DNA of 64,000 bases from an uncultured Candidatus Saccharibacteria bacterium (GCA_964409225.1 CAYPCM010000001.1:32173-96172), one strand, 5' to 3'; shown: positions 8,744 through 18,095, counted from the first letter of the stretch. Translations and numbers: made by a program. The notes: generated by a model not told the origin, from the letters alone.

Positions 8744-9313
8744 ATGCCGAAGATTCTTATTATCGACGACGACAATTTTGTCCGGAATGTCTACGCTGAC
8801 AAGTTTCGCACGCTTGGCTTTGAGGTGCTCACTGCTTCCGACGGTGTTGAGGGTTTGGAAGCCGTGCGTCAGGCCTCCCCAAAACCAGATGTTGTATTTA
8901 CCGGTATCCAGATGCCAAAGATGGACGGGTTTGCTTTGCTTATGGAGCTTAGGCGTGACCCAGCCACAAAAGGCATTCCGGTTGTGATTTCTTCCCACCG
9001 CGGCCGCAAAGAAGACGAATTACGGACGCGGCAGTTGGGTGCGGCCGATTTCATCTACGCCGGTTTTGTGACGCCGGATGAAACGGTGGAGCGTATTCGG
9101 GCGGTGTTGGGGGGGTTGCCCGTTTGGAAGGTTGCGCTTCAGAAAAGTTCACCCGACGCCGCGCGGCTGGCCGAGGAACTTTCTGCTGATTCGAGTTTGA
9201 CGTGCCGATCGTGCGGCGGCGAGTTGCTGCTCGAGATTACTTTCGTGCCGCAAGAAAAGTGTTATCGGCTGTTTTTCGTCTGCGGCGCGTGCGGCCAGCG
9301 CGCAACCCGTTGA
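8744..9313 (+). CDS. response-regulator receiver domain (atypical) with C-terminal Zn-ribbon
   Basis: KILIIDDD, DGVEGL, MPKMDG; phosphoacceptor position reads FTGIQMP; C-terminal CRSC...CGAC. Confidence 0.85.
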   Translation: MPKILIIDDDNFVRNVYADKFRTLGFEVLTASDGVEGLEAVRQASPKPDVVFTGIQMPKMDGFALLMELRRDPATKGIPVVISSHRGRKEDELRTRQLGAADFIYAGFVTPDETVERIRAVLGGLPVWKVALQKSSPDAARLAEELSADSSLTCRSCGGELLLEITFVPQEKCYRLFFVCGACGQRATR

Positions 9314-9348
9314 ACTCCGCAGGAGTTCAACGCACGCCTTTATGGCCA

Positions 9349-9468
9349 CAGACCGTCCGAAAACTCCAAAATTTAGTCTTCGAGCTTGTCGAGAAGCCTA
9401 AATTTTGCCTTAAAACCGACGTATTGTTCTCGACAAGCTCGAACAATAACGAGTTTTCGGACGGTCTG
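9349..9468. mobile_element. MITE family B, copy 1 (120 bp)
   Basis: 15-bp TIR CAGACCGTCCGAAAA/TTTTCGGACGGTCTG; inner IR TTCGAGCTTGTCGAGAA/TTCTCGACAAGCTCGAA. Confidence 0.85.
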
Positions 9469-9481
9469 TATTGCGTTTCGT

Positions 9482-11236
9482 ATGTTTCTCCTCAAACCGT
9501 CTGCGCCTGTCGACTTCCATGCTCGCTTCCCCGAGTATCCGCGAGTTATTCGCGATCTCTTGTGGCAACGCGGCATTTTGAACGAGGGCGCGGTGGACGA
9601 ATTTTTTCATCCCGACTACGGCGAGGACCTGCACGATCCTTTTTTGCTGTCTGGTATGGCGAGGGCTATAGAGCGTATCTCTGACGCTATTGGGTGCGGC
9701 GAGAAAATTCTGGTTTACGGCGACTACGATGCTGACGGCGTGTGTGCGAGCGCCATACTGATTACGGTTTTGCGTAAATGCGGAGCAGACGTTGAGGTCT
9801 ACCTACCGAATCGAAACAGCGAGGGGTACGGGCTTACCCGCGAGCGGATTGAAGCGTGCGTGGCCGAAGGCGTGGGGCTCATCATAACCATTGACACCGG
9901 CATTACGTTCGGCGAGGAGGTGGCGTTGGCCGAAGCCGCGGGCGTGAACGTTGTCATCTGCGATCATCATTTGCCCCCGCCGGTTTTGCCGCGCGCGTAC
10001 GCCATTGTCGACCCGAAACTTCCCGGCGACGGCTATCCCTTCAAGCACCTGGCCGCTGCCGGCGTGGCGTTCAAGGTGGTCCAAGCCCTCATGGCCCGCG
10101 GCGGCTTCGGCCTTGCTAACGGCTCGGAAAAATTGTTGCTCGACCTTGTGGCGGTGGCGACAATTGCGGACGTGATGCCGCTACTCGGCGAAAACCGTAC
10201 GCTGGTTACGGCTGGGCTTTACATCCTGGCGCACACGACCCGGCCGGGACTCAAAGCGCTAATCGAGGTCTCCGGAATTACGCCAAAAGTTCTCGGCGGT
10301 GATTATGCTGCCGGCCAAATTCCTCGCACCAATCTCGACGCTGACGCGGTTGGATTTCAGCTTGCGCCGCGGCTCAATGCTGCGAGCCGCCTTGATCATG
10401 CGAATACCAGCCTTGAGCTTGTCATGACCGCCGATCCTAGCCGCGCCGCTGAGATTGCGCAAAAGCTCGACGAGAAAAACCGCGAGCGCCAAAGAATCGT
10501 AGACGACATTGCGGCGGAGATCGAAGTCACGCTCGATCCAGCGGCGTTGCCGAAAATTATCATCGCCGGCAACGCCGAGTGGCAACCTGGCATTTTGGGG
10601 TTGGTGGCTGGACGGCTCAAGGACAAGTTTTACCGCCCGGCTATTATTTACCAGCGCGGGCCGAAAGAATCACGCGGGTCATGCCGTAGTATCGAGGCGT
10701 TTAATATTGTAGAAGCCATGCGTCAGTGCGGCGACATCTTTACTCAAATGGGCGGCCATCCGCGCGCCGCTGGGTTTAGCATTGCCAGCGATAAATTAGA
10801 CGAACTAGAAGTATGTTTGGGCCGTACAGCCGAGGCGTGGCTTAAGCCGGAAGATTTGGCCAAGCCCACCGAGGCAGATGTTGAAATTTCAAGTTCTGAA
10901 TTTACGTGGGAGCTGGCCGATTGGGTCGAGCGTTTGGAACCCTTCGGCGAGGGCAATCCCGAGCCCAAGCTGGTGATGCGAAACCTCGACGTGGTCGAAG
11001 CGCGGGCAGTGGGCGCGAATGGCAAGCACCTCAAGCTGACGCTCCGGCCGGACAGCGACCCGCGGCGGTTCATCAAAGCCATCGCTTTTGGTCAAGGCAA
11101 CGGCAGCACCTCTGGTCAGCTGGCGCCGGGCGATCGAGTTGATGCGTGCTTTGCGGTATCTGTCAATGAGTGGAACGGTTCACGCGAGCTTGAGATGAAG
11201 GTGACCGCGCTGGCCGCGCCAGCGCGGTCATCCTGA
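9482..11236 (+). CDS. recJ: single-stranded DNA exonuclease RecJ
   Basis: YGDYDADG, DTG, DHH, APRLNA, GGH motifs; the longer ORF start lies inside the MITE. Confidence 0.97.
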   Translation: MFLLKPSAPVDFHARFPEYPRVIRDLLWQRGILNEGAVDEFFHPDYGEDLHDPFLLSGMARAIERISDAIGCGEKILVYGDYDADGVCASAILITVLRKCGADVEVYLPNRNSEGYGLTRERIEACVAEGVGLIITIDTGITFGEEVALAEAAGVNVVICDHHLPPPVLPRAYAIVDPKLPGDGYPFKHLAAAGVAFKVVQALMARGGFGLANGSEKLLLDLVAVATIADVMPLLGENRTLVTAGLYILAHTTRPGLKALIEVSGITPKVLGGDYAAGQIPRTNLDADAVGFQLAPRLNAASRLDHANTSLELVMTADPSRAAEIAQKLDEKNRERQRIVDDIAAEIEVTLDPAALPKIIIAGNAEWQPGILGLVAGRLKDKFYRPAIIYQRGPKESRGSCRSIEAFNIVEAMRQCGDIFTQMGGHPRAAGFSIASDKLDELEVCLGRTAEAWLKPEDLAKPTEADVEISSSEFTWELADWVERLEPFGEGNPEPKLVMRNLDVVEARAVGANGKHLKLTLRPDSDPRRFIKAIAFGQGNGSTSGQLAPGDRVDACFAVSVNEWNGSRELEMKVTALAAPARSS

Positions 11237-11332
11237 ACGCAGTGAAGGATCTCGTTTGCAGCGCAAACGCGGTCATCCTGAACCGAGCAGGGCGAGTCCT
11301 GAGCGAAGCTCCGTAGAGCGAGCGAAGGATCC
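11223..11332. repeat. REP-like repeat cluster
   Basis: Two direct copies of CGCGGTCATCCTGAAC (11223, 11268), each followed by a GAAGGATC end. Confidence 0.7.
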
Positions 11333-11349
11333 CGTAATGATACGTTGCC

Positions 11350-11922
11350 ATGGTTCACCGCGCAGATTCGCACCACGACATTATCCTCGTTGACGAGCGC
11401 GATCGGCAGATCGGCACTGCCGGCAAGATGACGCCGCACCGAACCGGCGCCTTGCATCGCGCGTTTTCGGTGTTTGTGTTCAATTCGCGAGGCGAGCTCC
11501 TGCTCCAGAAGCGTGCGAAAAAGAAGTACCATTCAGCCGGGCTCTGGACGAACACGTGCTGCAGCCATCCGCGGCCGGGCGAAGCGACGCTGGCGGCGGC
11601 GCGGCGCCGTTTGAAAGAAGAGATGGGGTTTACGACGAAACTCCGCGAGGTGTTCAGTTTTATCTATCGGGTTAAGTTTGCAAACGGTCTTATGGAGCAT
11701 GAGTATGACCACGTGCTCGTGGGTCGCTTTGGCGGCGCGCCCCGTCCCGATCCAGTCGAAGCAGAAGATTGGGAATGGGTTTCGCTTCCGCAACTTCGAC
11801 ACGACATTCGGCGCCATCCGCGTCGGTACAGCTTTTGGCTCAAGAAAGTTTTGCCGCGGTTCACCGCGCATCTTACTTGCAACCGTCATCGAGCGGAGGG
11901 GCGCAGATGTACCATCTTTTGA
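11350..11922 (+). CDS. idi: isopentenyl-diphosphate delta-isomerase type 1
   Basis: LHRAFSVFVFN, LLQKRA, WTNTCCSHP, EHEYDHV. Confidence 0.96.
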   Translation: MVHRADSHHDIILVDERDRQIGTAGKMTPHRTGALHRAFSVFVFNSRGELLLQKRAKKKYHSAGLWTNTCCSHPRPGEATLAAARRRLKEEMGFTTKLREVFSFIYRVKFANGLMEHEYDHVLVGRFGGAPRPDPVEAEDWEWVSLPQLRHDIRRHPRRYSFWLKKVLPRFTAHLTCNRHRAEGRRCTIF

Positions 11923-12001
11923 CGATCGCTAAAAGATGGTACAGGGTTGAAGCTCCCGAAATCATGGCGATCGTGGTGAGACGTGAGAATGATAATAGGA
12001 A

Positions 12002-12030
12002 GACGCCCGCTCTCGGAAGAGCGGGCGTTT
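12002..12030. terminator. hairpin between convergent genes
   Basis: GACGCCCGCTCT-CGGA-AGAGCGGGCGTTT. Confidence 0.6.
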
Positions 12031-12037
12031 GGACCGA

Positions 12038-13927
12038 TCAGTAGTTCGCGGCAGAGTACTCTCTGCCGGGCCATAGGAACAGGTTGTTCGTCGAAACGTT
12101 CTCGTTGCGGCTGGGGTCGTCGCTCGGCTCGATTGCGTCAATCTCGGCCGCGAACGCAACGATAACGTACCATTCGTCCCGGAAGAGGTTTGCCGGAAGC
12201 GTAAAGCTCGGCGTGGTTGAGGCCGGGCAATTGTATATTGCCCGGCGCGGCGCAAACCGCGTATAGACCCAACACCAGTATCGCGAAGCTCCCGGCACCG
12301 GCTCGAACCAGAAACGCGTCGGGGATACGCTGTCAATGTTGAGCCCTTGCGGGAGTGGGAGCTGGCGGGGTCGATCGAGCGAGTGCGACGCTCCCCGCAC
12401 CGTGCGGCCGTCGGTCGTCGTGACCGTGATGTCAAAGACCCCGGACTCGCCTCCGTAATCTTGTTCGAAGATGTAGCTGGCGTTGCTGTTCGGGAGACGC
12501 CAGTCGAGGTCGATTACGATTACTTCGCCGGTCCGGCGGCTCCGCGCTTCAACGCGCGAAACGTAGTCAGCGGCTGATCCGCGTTCATCTGAGACGATGA
12601 CCTCGATGTGGATTCGGTATCCCGATGTCCATGGCGATTCCCACCGGTAGGGGTTGTTGTAGGTCGAGACGAAGATGTTTTCAATCGCCGTGCGAGCGCT
12701 ATCCGGAGGGGCGATCTGAAAGGTTGTCTGGGCGAGGTTTGAGACGCGGGTGCCGTCGTAGGGACTCTGGGTGGGGCGCACGAGGAGCGCGTAGAAGGTA
12801 TACTCCCCATCGCTGCCGCGCCCGAGCGAATCGAAGCGGATGGGATACAGTTCCTCGCTGTCGAGGCGATGCGCCGCAGGCGTTGCTGTAATGGTCCATC
12901 CTGGCTCTCCAGATTCTATGGCGGTTTGGAATACGAACTGCCTGCTCGGGGTGAGGATGGCGGTGTAGAGGTCGGCAACGCGATTGCCCGAAGACGCCGA
13001 GAGTTTGATTCGAAGCGGTGAGCCGATGCGCGTCCTTGGTGTTTCTGTCTTGAGCACGAGCGCCACTGGCCGGCGAACCACCTCTGCGGTAATGGCGATT
13101 CGGACGTTATCGTCAGCCGTCTCGCACAGATGGTTGAATCGGTTGAGGGTGCACGCATTGAGTAGGTTGATGCGCACTTCCGCATGGAGCGGCACCCGCA
13201 GTTCGGCGCTCGCCAAGTTCTGGCTGCGTTCGTTCACCACGTCGTCGTTGCCCACGATGATGGAGCTGTAGGCAATCGGGGTGTCGCGGTAGCGGTAGAG
13301 GGCGTCGGTGTTGAGCTGGTTGAGTTCGAGGGAGTTCGGTTGCAGAATGCGTACGGCCGTGATTGCCCCCGAGAAACCAGCGACCGCGGCAATATTCGCA
13401 AAGTTAGACCCCAGGTGCGGGGTTCCCACCGTGATGATCTGGCTTACCTTGGGCGTGCGAGCGTAGCTTAAGTACGCCCGGCACGCGAGCCCGCCCATGC
13501 TGTGGCCGACGCAAATCGCCTTTGATTTGCCGGTAAGCTCGAGGATAAAGTTGATGACACCCTCGAGCTCTTCGCCTTGCTGCTGGTAGGTGAGATCTTT
13601 TCCGCTCGTGAACGAGACCGTGTAGATGTCGCCCGGTTTGATGCGGCCGCCAAAGCGGGCATCTGGGAAGTAGTAGATTTGCCCGTTGCGGTATCGAGCT
13701 TGGCCGCCGAAGGTCCAGCCTTGGCTCGTGACGGATGCGAGGAATTCGTCCCACGTGCTCGCGTCGCTGTTGAGTCCATGGACGAGGATAATCGGGTGCT
13801 CGGGCGGCGAAAGCGCCGCCGCCGCGCCAATCCAGCCGGCTACGAGCAGAGCTGCCAGAAAGCCGATACTGCGTTTCCAGCTGCGCGGTTGAGTTGTGAA
13901 AAGAGCTGCCCATTCCAGTCGTCTCAT
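12038..13927 (-). CDS. secreted alpha/beta hydrolase (PGAP1/lipase-like) with C-terminal beta-rich domains
   Basis: Signal-like N-terminus; ILVHGL, GHSMGG, VGTPHLG; strong SD (AGGAGG). Confidence 0.85.
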   Translation of the reverse strand: MRRLEWAALFTTQPRSWKRSIGFLAALLVAGWIGAAAALSPPEHPIILVHGLNSDASTWDEFLASVTSQGWTFGGQARYRNGQIYYFPDARFGGRIKPGDIYTVSFTSGKDLTYQQQGEELEGVINFILELTGKSKAICVGHSMGGLACRAYLSYARTPKVSQIITVGTPHLGSNFANIAAVAGFSGAITAVRILQPNSLELNQLNTDALYRYRDTPIAYSSIIVGNDDVVNERSQNLASAELRVPLHAEVRINLLNACTLNRFNHLCETADDNVRIAITAEVVRRPVALVLKTETPRTRIGSPLRIKLSASSGNRVADLYTAILTPSRQFVFQTAIESGEPGWTITATPAAHRLDSEELYPIRFDSLGRGSDGEYTFYALLVRPTQSPYDGTRVSNLAQTTFQIAPPDSARTAIENIFVSTYNNPYRWESPWTSGYRIHIEVIVSDERGSAADYVSRVEARSRRTGEVIVIDLDWRLPNSNASYIFEQDYGGESGVFDITVTTTDGRTVRGASHSLDRPRQLPLPQGLNIDSVSPTRFWFEPVPGASRYWCWVYTRFAPRRAIYNCPASTTPSFTLPANLFRDEWYVIVAFAAEIDAIEPSDDPSRNENVSTNNLFLWPGREYSAANY

Positions 13928-14006
13928 CGCTCATCCTCCTTCTCTGTGCGGGCGATGCGGTTGCGGTTGGGTGCTGAGTTGATGTTCAATCAAATACTCG
14001 TTGGTG

Positions 14007-14111
14007 TCAACCCCGTTAGAAAACAGAACTTTGTCTCATCGAAAGTAAGAACTCTTTAGTAGACTGACAAGTCGAAGAAAGCATGACCAGCTAGTTTTCT
14101 AACGGGGTCAA
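14007..14111. mobile_element. MITE family A, copy 2 (97-bp core, TCAA duplication)
   Basis: TCAA-CCCCGTTAGAAAAC(14011)...GTTTTCTAACGGGG(14107)-TCAA; interior differs from copies 1 and 3. Confidence 0.85.
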
Positions 14112-14169
14112 TCACCTGCGATGCTGGATGCGAGTGGTTTCCGGTGGTATATTGTGCGTAGAACGCTTT

Positions 14170-14577
14170 ATGAGTAGTTCAAGGATACGATACGCGATCG
14201 TTGGGGTGGTGCTCCTTACGGTTGCATTGCTCATTGTCGTCGGTCCAATCCGGGACTACGTTTTTGCGGGTGAGGCAGGAGATCTTCTCTGGGGAGCGCT
14301 GGTCGTATTCGTTGCCGTTCCCTGCCTTATCGTTGGTATGCTTTTCCTCACCCGCGCCACCTTTGGGCAGGCGAGCGATGCCGTTGGTGCGAGTTCCCCG
14401 CCCGCAAGCGCCTTGCGCCGGCCCCTGAAGCCAACCGTGCCGATTGCGATCGGCGCAATCATCGTGGTGATTGCTGCTTTCTTCTTGCCAAAGGAATTTC
14501 GCGGACTTGAATATCTCGGGTATATTGCCGGGTTTATTCTGCTTGCGATCGGCGCGATCGAAGCGATTTGGCGGTAG
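14170..14577 (+). CDS. hypothetical membrane protein (about 4 TM)
   Basis: ORF with four hydrophobic segments. Confidence 0.6.
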   Translation: MSSSRIRYAIVGVVLLTVALLIVVGPIRDYVFAGEAGDLLWGALVVFVAVPCLIVGMLFLTRATFGQASDAVGASSPPASALRRPLKPTVPIAIGAIIVVIAAFFLPKEFRGLEYLGYIAGFILLAIGAIEAIWR

Positions 14578-14783
14578 CACGGCTCGGTAGTGTCATCGGT
14601 TTGCCAAACGCGGTACTTCTTTGCAGAGTACTTTCAGGAGGTACGGAAGCTGTTTTCGGTTGTGACGACGTGGGGAAGGAGGTGAAGGCAAGCACCTTGT
14701 CATTTTGCACAGCAGTAGGGGGGTGTTCCGTGGTCGCCGCGGATGCGGCGCTGCGGACGATTTTGTAAGAAAGGAGGGCGGCG

Positions 14784-15935
14784 ATGCGCATCGTGAAGGC
14801 GGCGGCGGTGTTCGCAGTGCTCGTGGCGGTACTCGTGAGCTGTACTCCCATGGCCCAAGAGTTTCAACGTTGGACTGCGCCGCAGGCCACGGTAACCGGC
14901 GGCTCGGCCCAGGCAGTGGCCCAGGCGCAGTTGGAGCCCTATAACGGCCCCAAGCCGCGGGTCGTGGTGGCGCGCTTCGCCAACAAGACCGGTACTCACT
15001 ACCAAGTGCGCTACACGCGCGGCACGATGACTGCCGGCGATCCGCTCGGTGAGGGGATGTCGGATCAGTTCGTCACGGTGCTCATGGAGACGGGTCGCTT
15101 CATTGTCCTCGGAAGTAAAGAGGACCTTGGAGACGCTATCTCTGAGCAGGACTATGACCCGACTCGCTTTAACCCCGGCACGTTAGCGGCCAAAGGCGGA
15201 CTCGAGGCGGCCGATCTGCTTATCATTGGTGCCGTAACCGGGTTCAAGCCCTCGCAGGCCTCGGTCGGCGGAGGCGCTGGCTACGTTACGAGCGGTTGGG
15301 GGTCTCTGATTGCCATGGCCGTAACAGCTGCGATGGCCCAAGACTACGTGGCCATTGATTTCCGGGCTATCGAGGCGCGGACGCGCCGTGTGGTCTGGGC
15401 GAGTCGCGTGGAAGGCACTGCCCGAGACTTCAGCGCCGGCATCGGGGGAATCTTTAGCCCGCTCCTTGCCGGTGTCGGTGGCAGCTACTCGACGCCGATT
15501 GACCAAGCCACCAGAGCAACGATGGTGAAGGCGACTGAACAGCTCTGGATGAGTTTGGATCGTGGCGGGTTCATCCGACAGTGGGCGGCACAACCGGCAC
15601 CGCAGCCAGCCGTTGCGACGGTCGCTGGTCCGGCCGCGCCGCCAGCGCCGAATTCCGCTCCGCCGCAGGCAGGCACGGTTCCGATTGCGCCTGCAGTTGC
15701 TCCGGCCGTGCCCCTAAAGGCGGTACCAGCGGTTGGCGCGCCGCTTGCTGGTATGGTCAAGGTGAAGGCCTCAAGCGCGATCTTGCGCGACAGCCTGAAC
15801 GGTCAGCGCGTCGCTTCGGTGGCGCAGGGTGCGGCTCTTAAGAAGGTCGCAGAACGCAAAGTCGCCGAACACACCTGGGTCCAAGTCGAGTACAACGAGC
15901 AGGAGGTTTGGATCCGCGCAGACCTCGTTGAATAG
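14784..15935 (+). CDS. CsgG/HfaB-family lipoprotein with Pro/Ala linker and SH3-like C-terminus
   Basis: Lipobox LVSC; YNGPKPRVVVARFANK, LMETGRFIVL, ADLLIIGAVT, VAIDFRAIEARTRRVV. Confidence 0.8.
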   Translation: MRIVKAAAVFAVLVAVLVSCTPMAQEFQRWTAPQATVTGGSAQAVAQAQLEPYNGPKPRVVVARFANKTGTHYQVRYTRGTMTAGDPLGEGMSDQFVTVLMETGRFIVLGSKEDLGDAISEQDYDPTRFNPGTLAAKGGLEAADLLIIGAVTGFKPSQASVGGGAGYVTSGWGSLIAMAVTAAMAQDYVAIDFRAIEARTRRVVWASRVEGTARDFSAGIGGIFSPLLAGVGGSYSTPIDQATRATMVKATEQLWMSLDRGGFIRQWAAQPAPQPAVATVAGPAAPPAPNSAPPQAGTVPIAPAVAPAVPLKAVPAVGAPLAGMVKVKASSAILRDSLNGQRVASVAQGAALKKVAERKVAEHTWVQVEYNEQEVWIRADLVE

Positions 15936-15960
15936 CATCGTTCTTTCGCAGTCCGATGTT

Positions 15961-15992
15961 CCGCCCCGACGCCTTCGCGTCGGGGCGGTTTC
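15961..15992. repeat. 32-bp palindromic direct repeat / terminator, copy 1
   Basis: CCGCCCCGACGCCTTCGCGTCGGGGCGGTTTC, identical to 17009-17040. Confidence 0.9.
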
Positions 15993-16077
15993 CTTTTTCA
16001 AGACCTCGGCGCGTTGCGATCACGCTGCGTTTTCTACATCTGGCATATGCACCTGACATGTGGTATGATAAAGGGGT

Positions 16078-16332
16078 ATGCGCAAGCCCAAATCAACCCC
16101 AAAAATTCGTTTTCGGCAGTCGCTCTTCTGGGATGTGGATCCTAAAACCATTCATCCCAAACGCCACGCTCGCTACATCATCGAGCGCATTCTTGATTTT
16201 GGCAATGACCGCGAGGTGCGGTGGCTCTGGCAGACGTACCCTCGAACGCTCATCGCCGAGGTCGTCCAACACTCGCGGGTGCTTCATAATCAGTCGCGCG
16301 CTTTATGGACGCTGCTCAGTCGCGGGGCGTAA
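16078..16332 (+). CDS. DUF6922-like antitoxin partner
   Basis: FRQSLFWDVD, YIIERILDFG; upstream of an AbiEii-type gene. Confidence 0.8.
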   Translation: MRKPKSTPKIRFRQSLFWDVDPKTIHPKRHARYIIERILDFGNDREVRWLWQTYPRTLIAEVVQHSRVLHNQSRALWTLLSRGA

Positions 16333-16985
16333 CCTGGCATGTTGAGGTGTTGCCGCGGACGGTACGCCAGGCCCTTCGGCGTCTCGCCGGAGCGAGATGG
16401 CTTAAGCGTTCGAAATGGTATCTTGCGGGCGGCACAGCCCTCGCCCTTCAAGCGGGGCACCGCGCTTCGGTTGACCTTGATTTTTTTACGCCTCAAAAAA
16501 CGTTTTCCGCAGACCAGCTGCTCGCTCATTTTCCAAAGGAATCGTGGACAGCTGATGTGGTGCGCGAAGGCACCGTCTATGGTCGGTTGCTCGGAACACG
16601 GGTGAGTTTCATTGCTTACCCCTATTTCGTTGCCCGAGCGCCGTATCGATGGTACGGCTCAGTGCGGGTACTCGCGCCGGCTGATATCGCCGTGATGAAA
16701 ATTGTAGCTATTAGCCAACGCGGCCGAAAAAGAGATTTTGTTGACCTCTATTGGTACTGCCGCCACCGTGAACCGCTCGGCGACATTGTGGAGCGACTGC
16801 GAGACCAATATCCCACCGTGGCCCACAACTATCACCATATTATCAAAAGTCTTGCGTATTTTGCCGACGCTGAAGCCGAGCCCATGCCGAAACTTTTTTT
16901 TGACGTAACGTGGAAAGACATAAAAAAGTTTTTTGAGCGCGAAGTGTCGGCCGTCGCGCGCCGGAAGCTTCTGGGCTTGCGCTGA
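16305..16985 (+). CDS. AbiEii/AbiGii nucleotidyltransferase toxin (type IV TA)
   Basis: YLAGGTALAL.AGHR.SVDLDFF, MKIVAISQRGRKRDFVDLY. Confidence 0.9.
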   Translation: MDAAQSRGVTWHVEVLPRTVRQALRRLAGARWLKRSKWYLAGGTALALQAGHRASVDLDFFTPQKTFSADQLLAHFPKESWTADVVREGTVYGRLLGTRVSFIAYPYFVARAPYRWYGSVRVLAPADIAVMKIVAISQRGRKRDFVDLYWYCRHREPLGDIVERLRDQYPTVAHNYHHIIKSLAYFADAEAEPMPKLFFDVTWKDIKKFFEREVSAVARRKLLGLR

Positions 16986-17008
16986 AAAGGTGTGAGATAA
17001 CGACTCAG

Positions 17009-17040
17009 CCGCCCCGACGCCTTCGCGTCGGGGCGGTTTC
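17009..17040. repeat. 32-bp palindromic direct repeat / terminator, copy 2
   Basis: Identical to 15961-15992. Confidence 0.9.
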
Positions 17041-17054
17041 TCTTACGCGGCAAT

Positions 17055-17083
17055 TTGACGCACGGTAAGGCAGTTTGTATAGT
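17055..17083 (+). promoter_or_regulatory. putative sigma70 promoter
   Basis: TTGACG-17 bp-TATAGT. Confidence 0.65.
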
Positions 17084-17160
17084 CAGAGCGGAGATGCACT
17101 TTCCCAATCGCTTTGTCGTTGGGCAGAAACCAAGGAAGGACAACCGGAGAGGAGGAGCCC

Positions 17161-18072
17161 ATGCGCAGCATGTTGGCGGCGGTAGTTCTAGTGGCGGCAA
17201 TCCTTGCTCAAGTCCAAGGGGCGTTCGGGGCGGATGAGCCCCCAACGGTTCGCACGATGGCCGGCAGGCACCAGCAGGTGGGCAACACCGAGGTGTCCGG
17301 GGCGTTCTCCGCAACGCTGTTTGCCGACGGGAGCTTCACGGTACGGTTTAATCTGGACTCCTTGGACTGCGACTTCATCAACTTTCGGGCGAACCACGAG
17401 GCGAGCTTTATCGAGTGGTCTCTCGGCCTCCCGCTCGTCATCACGACGTTTCGGACCGCGGGAGGATTCACCCTCGATGCAGCTACGCTCGTACTGGATG
17501 CGCCGTTGTGGATTCATCCCTCCACCGGCGCCCTCATAAACCGGGGATTGTTTCGTCGGTGTGGCGTTGACGATATGCTCGTCGCGTTCCGGCTTACCAT
17601 CCGTTCGGCGAACTTCGCCCCACTCGGTCGGTACGACGGCGACATCAGCGCAACACTGTTGAGCGGGGCGACCCTGCAGCGATCGTTTAGCGGCACCTTC
17701 TCTGCGGTCTCGCCCATGCCGTTTAGGCCGGTCATCGGTTTTCGGGTTGATCCGACGTATCGGGTGGCTGGAGAATGCCTTAACATCCAGTGGCAGTCGT
17801 TACCTGGTGCCGCGTACTACGCGCTCGAATACGTCGGGCCGTCTCGCAGATTCACTGGTCGCGTATTTTCCGCCACGCCGGAACTCGAGCGTAACCAAGG
17901 GTGGGGATCGGTTCTCCTGCCGTCAGCCACCGCCGCCACGGTCTGCACCTCACAAAACACGCCCGGGGGCAGGTATGAGTTGCGGGTGTTCGGATTGGAT
18001 GGTGCCCTCAATGTTGCTCCGGGCACTGGCTCTTCAGTTCCGGTAACGGTGAGTGTAAGTGCGCCGTATTGA
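17161..18072 (+). CDS. secreted hypothetical protein
   Basis: SD GAGGAGG, signal peptide MRSMLAAVVLVAAILAQVQGAFG, beta-rich body. Confidence 0.75.
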   Translation: MRSMLAAVVLVAAILAQVQGAFGADEPPTVRTMAGRHQQVGNTEVSGAFSATLFADGSFTVRFNLDSLDCDFINFRANHEASFIEWSLGLPLVITTFRTAGGFTLDAATLVLDAPLWIHPSTGALINRGLFRRCGVDDMLVAFRLTIRSANFAPLGRYDGDISATLLSGATLQRSFSGTFSAVSPMPFRPVIGFRVDPTYRVAGECLNIQWQSLPGAAYYALEYVGPSRRFTGRVFSATPELERNQGWGSVLLPSATAATVCTSQNTPGGRYELRVFGLDGALNVAPGTGSSVPVTVSVSAPY

Positions 18073-18095
18073 CCTGCGGCGCGCCTGCGCCGCCA

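Noticed and set aside
9386-9481. N-terminal extensions of recJ, pgk, the receiver protein, murJ and ftsX in the ORF track
   Set aside because: They are read through repeat elements. Downstream ATGs fit the family N-termini better.
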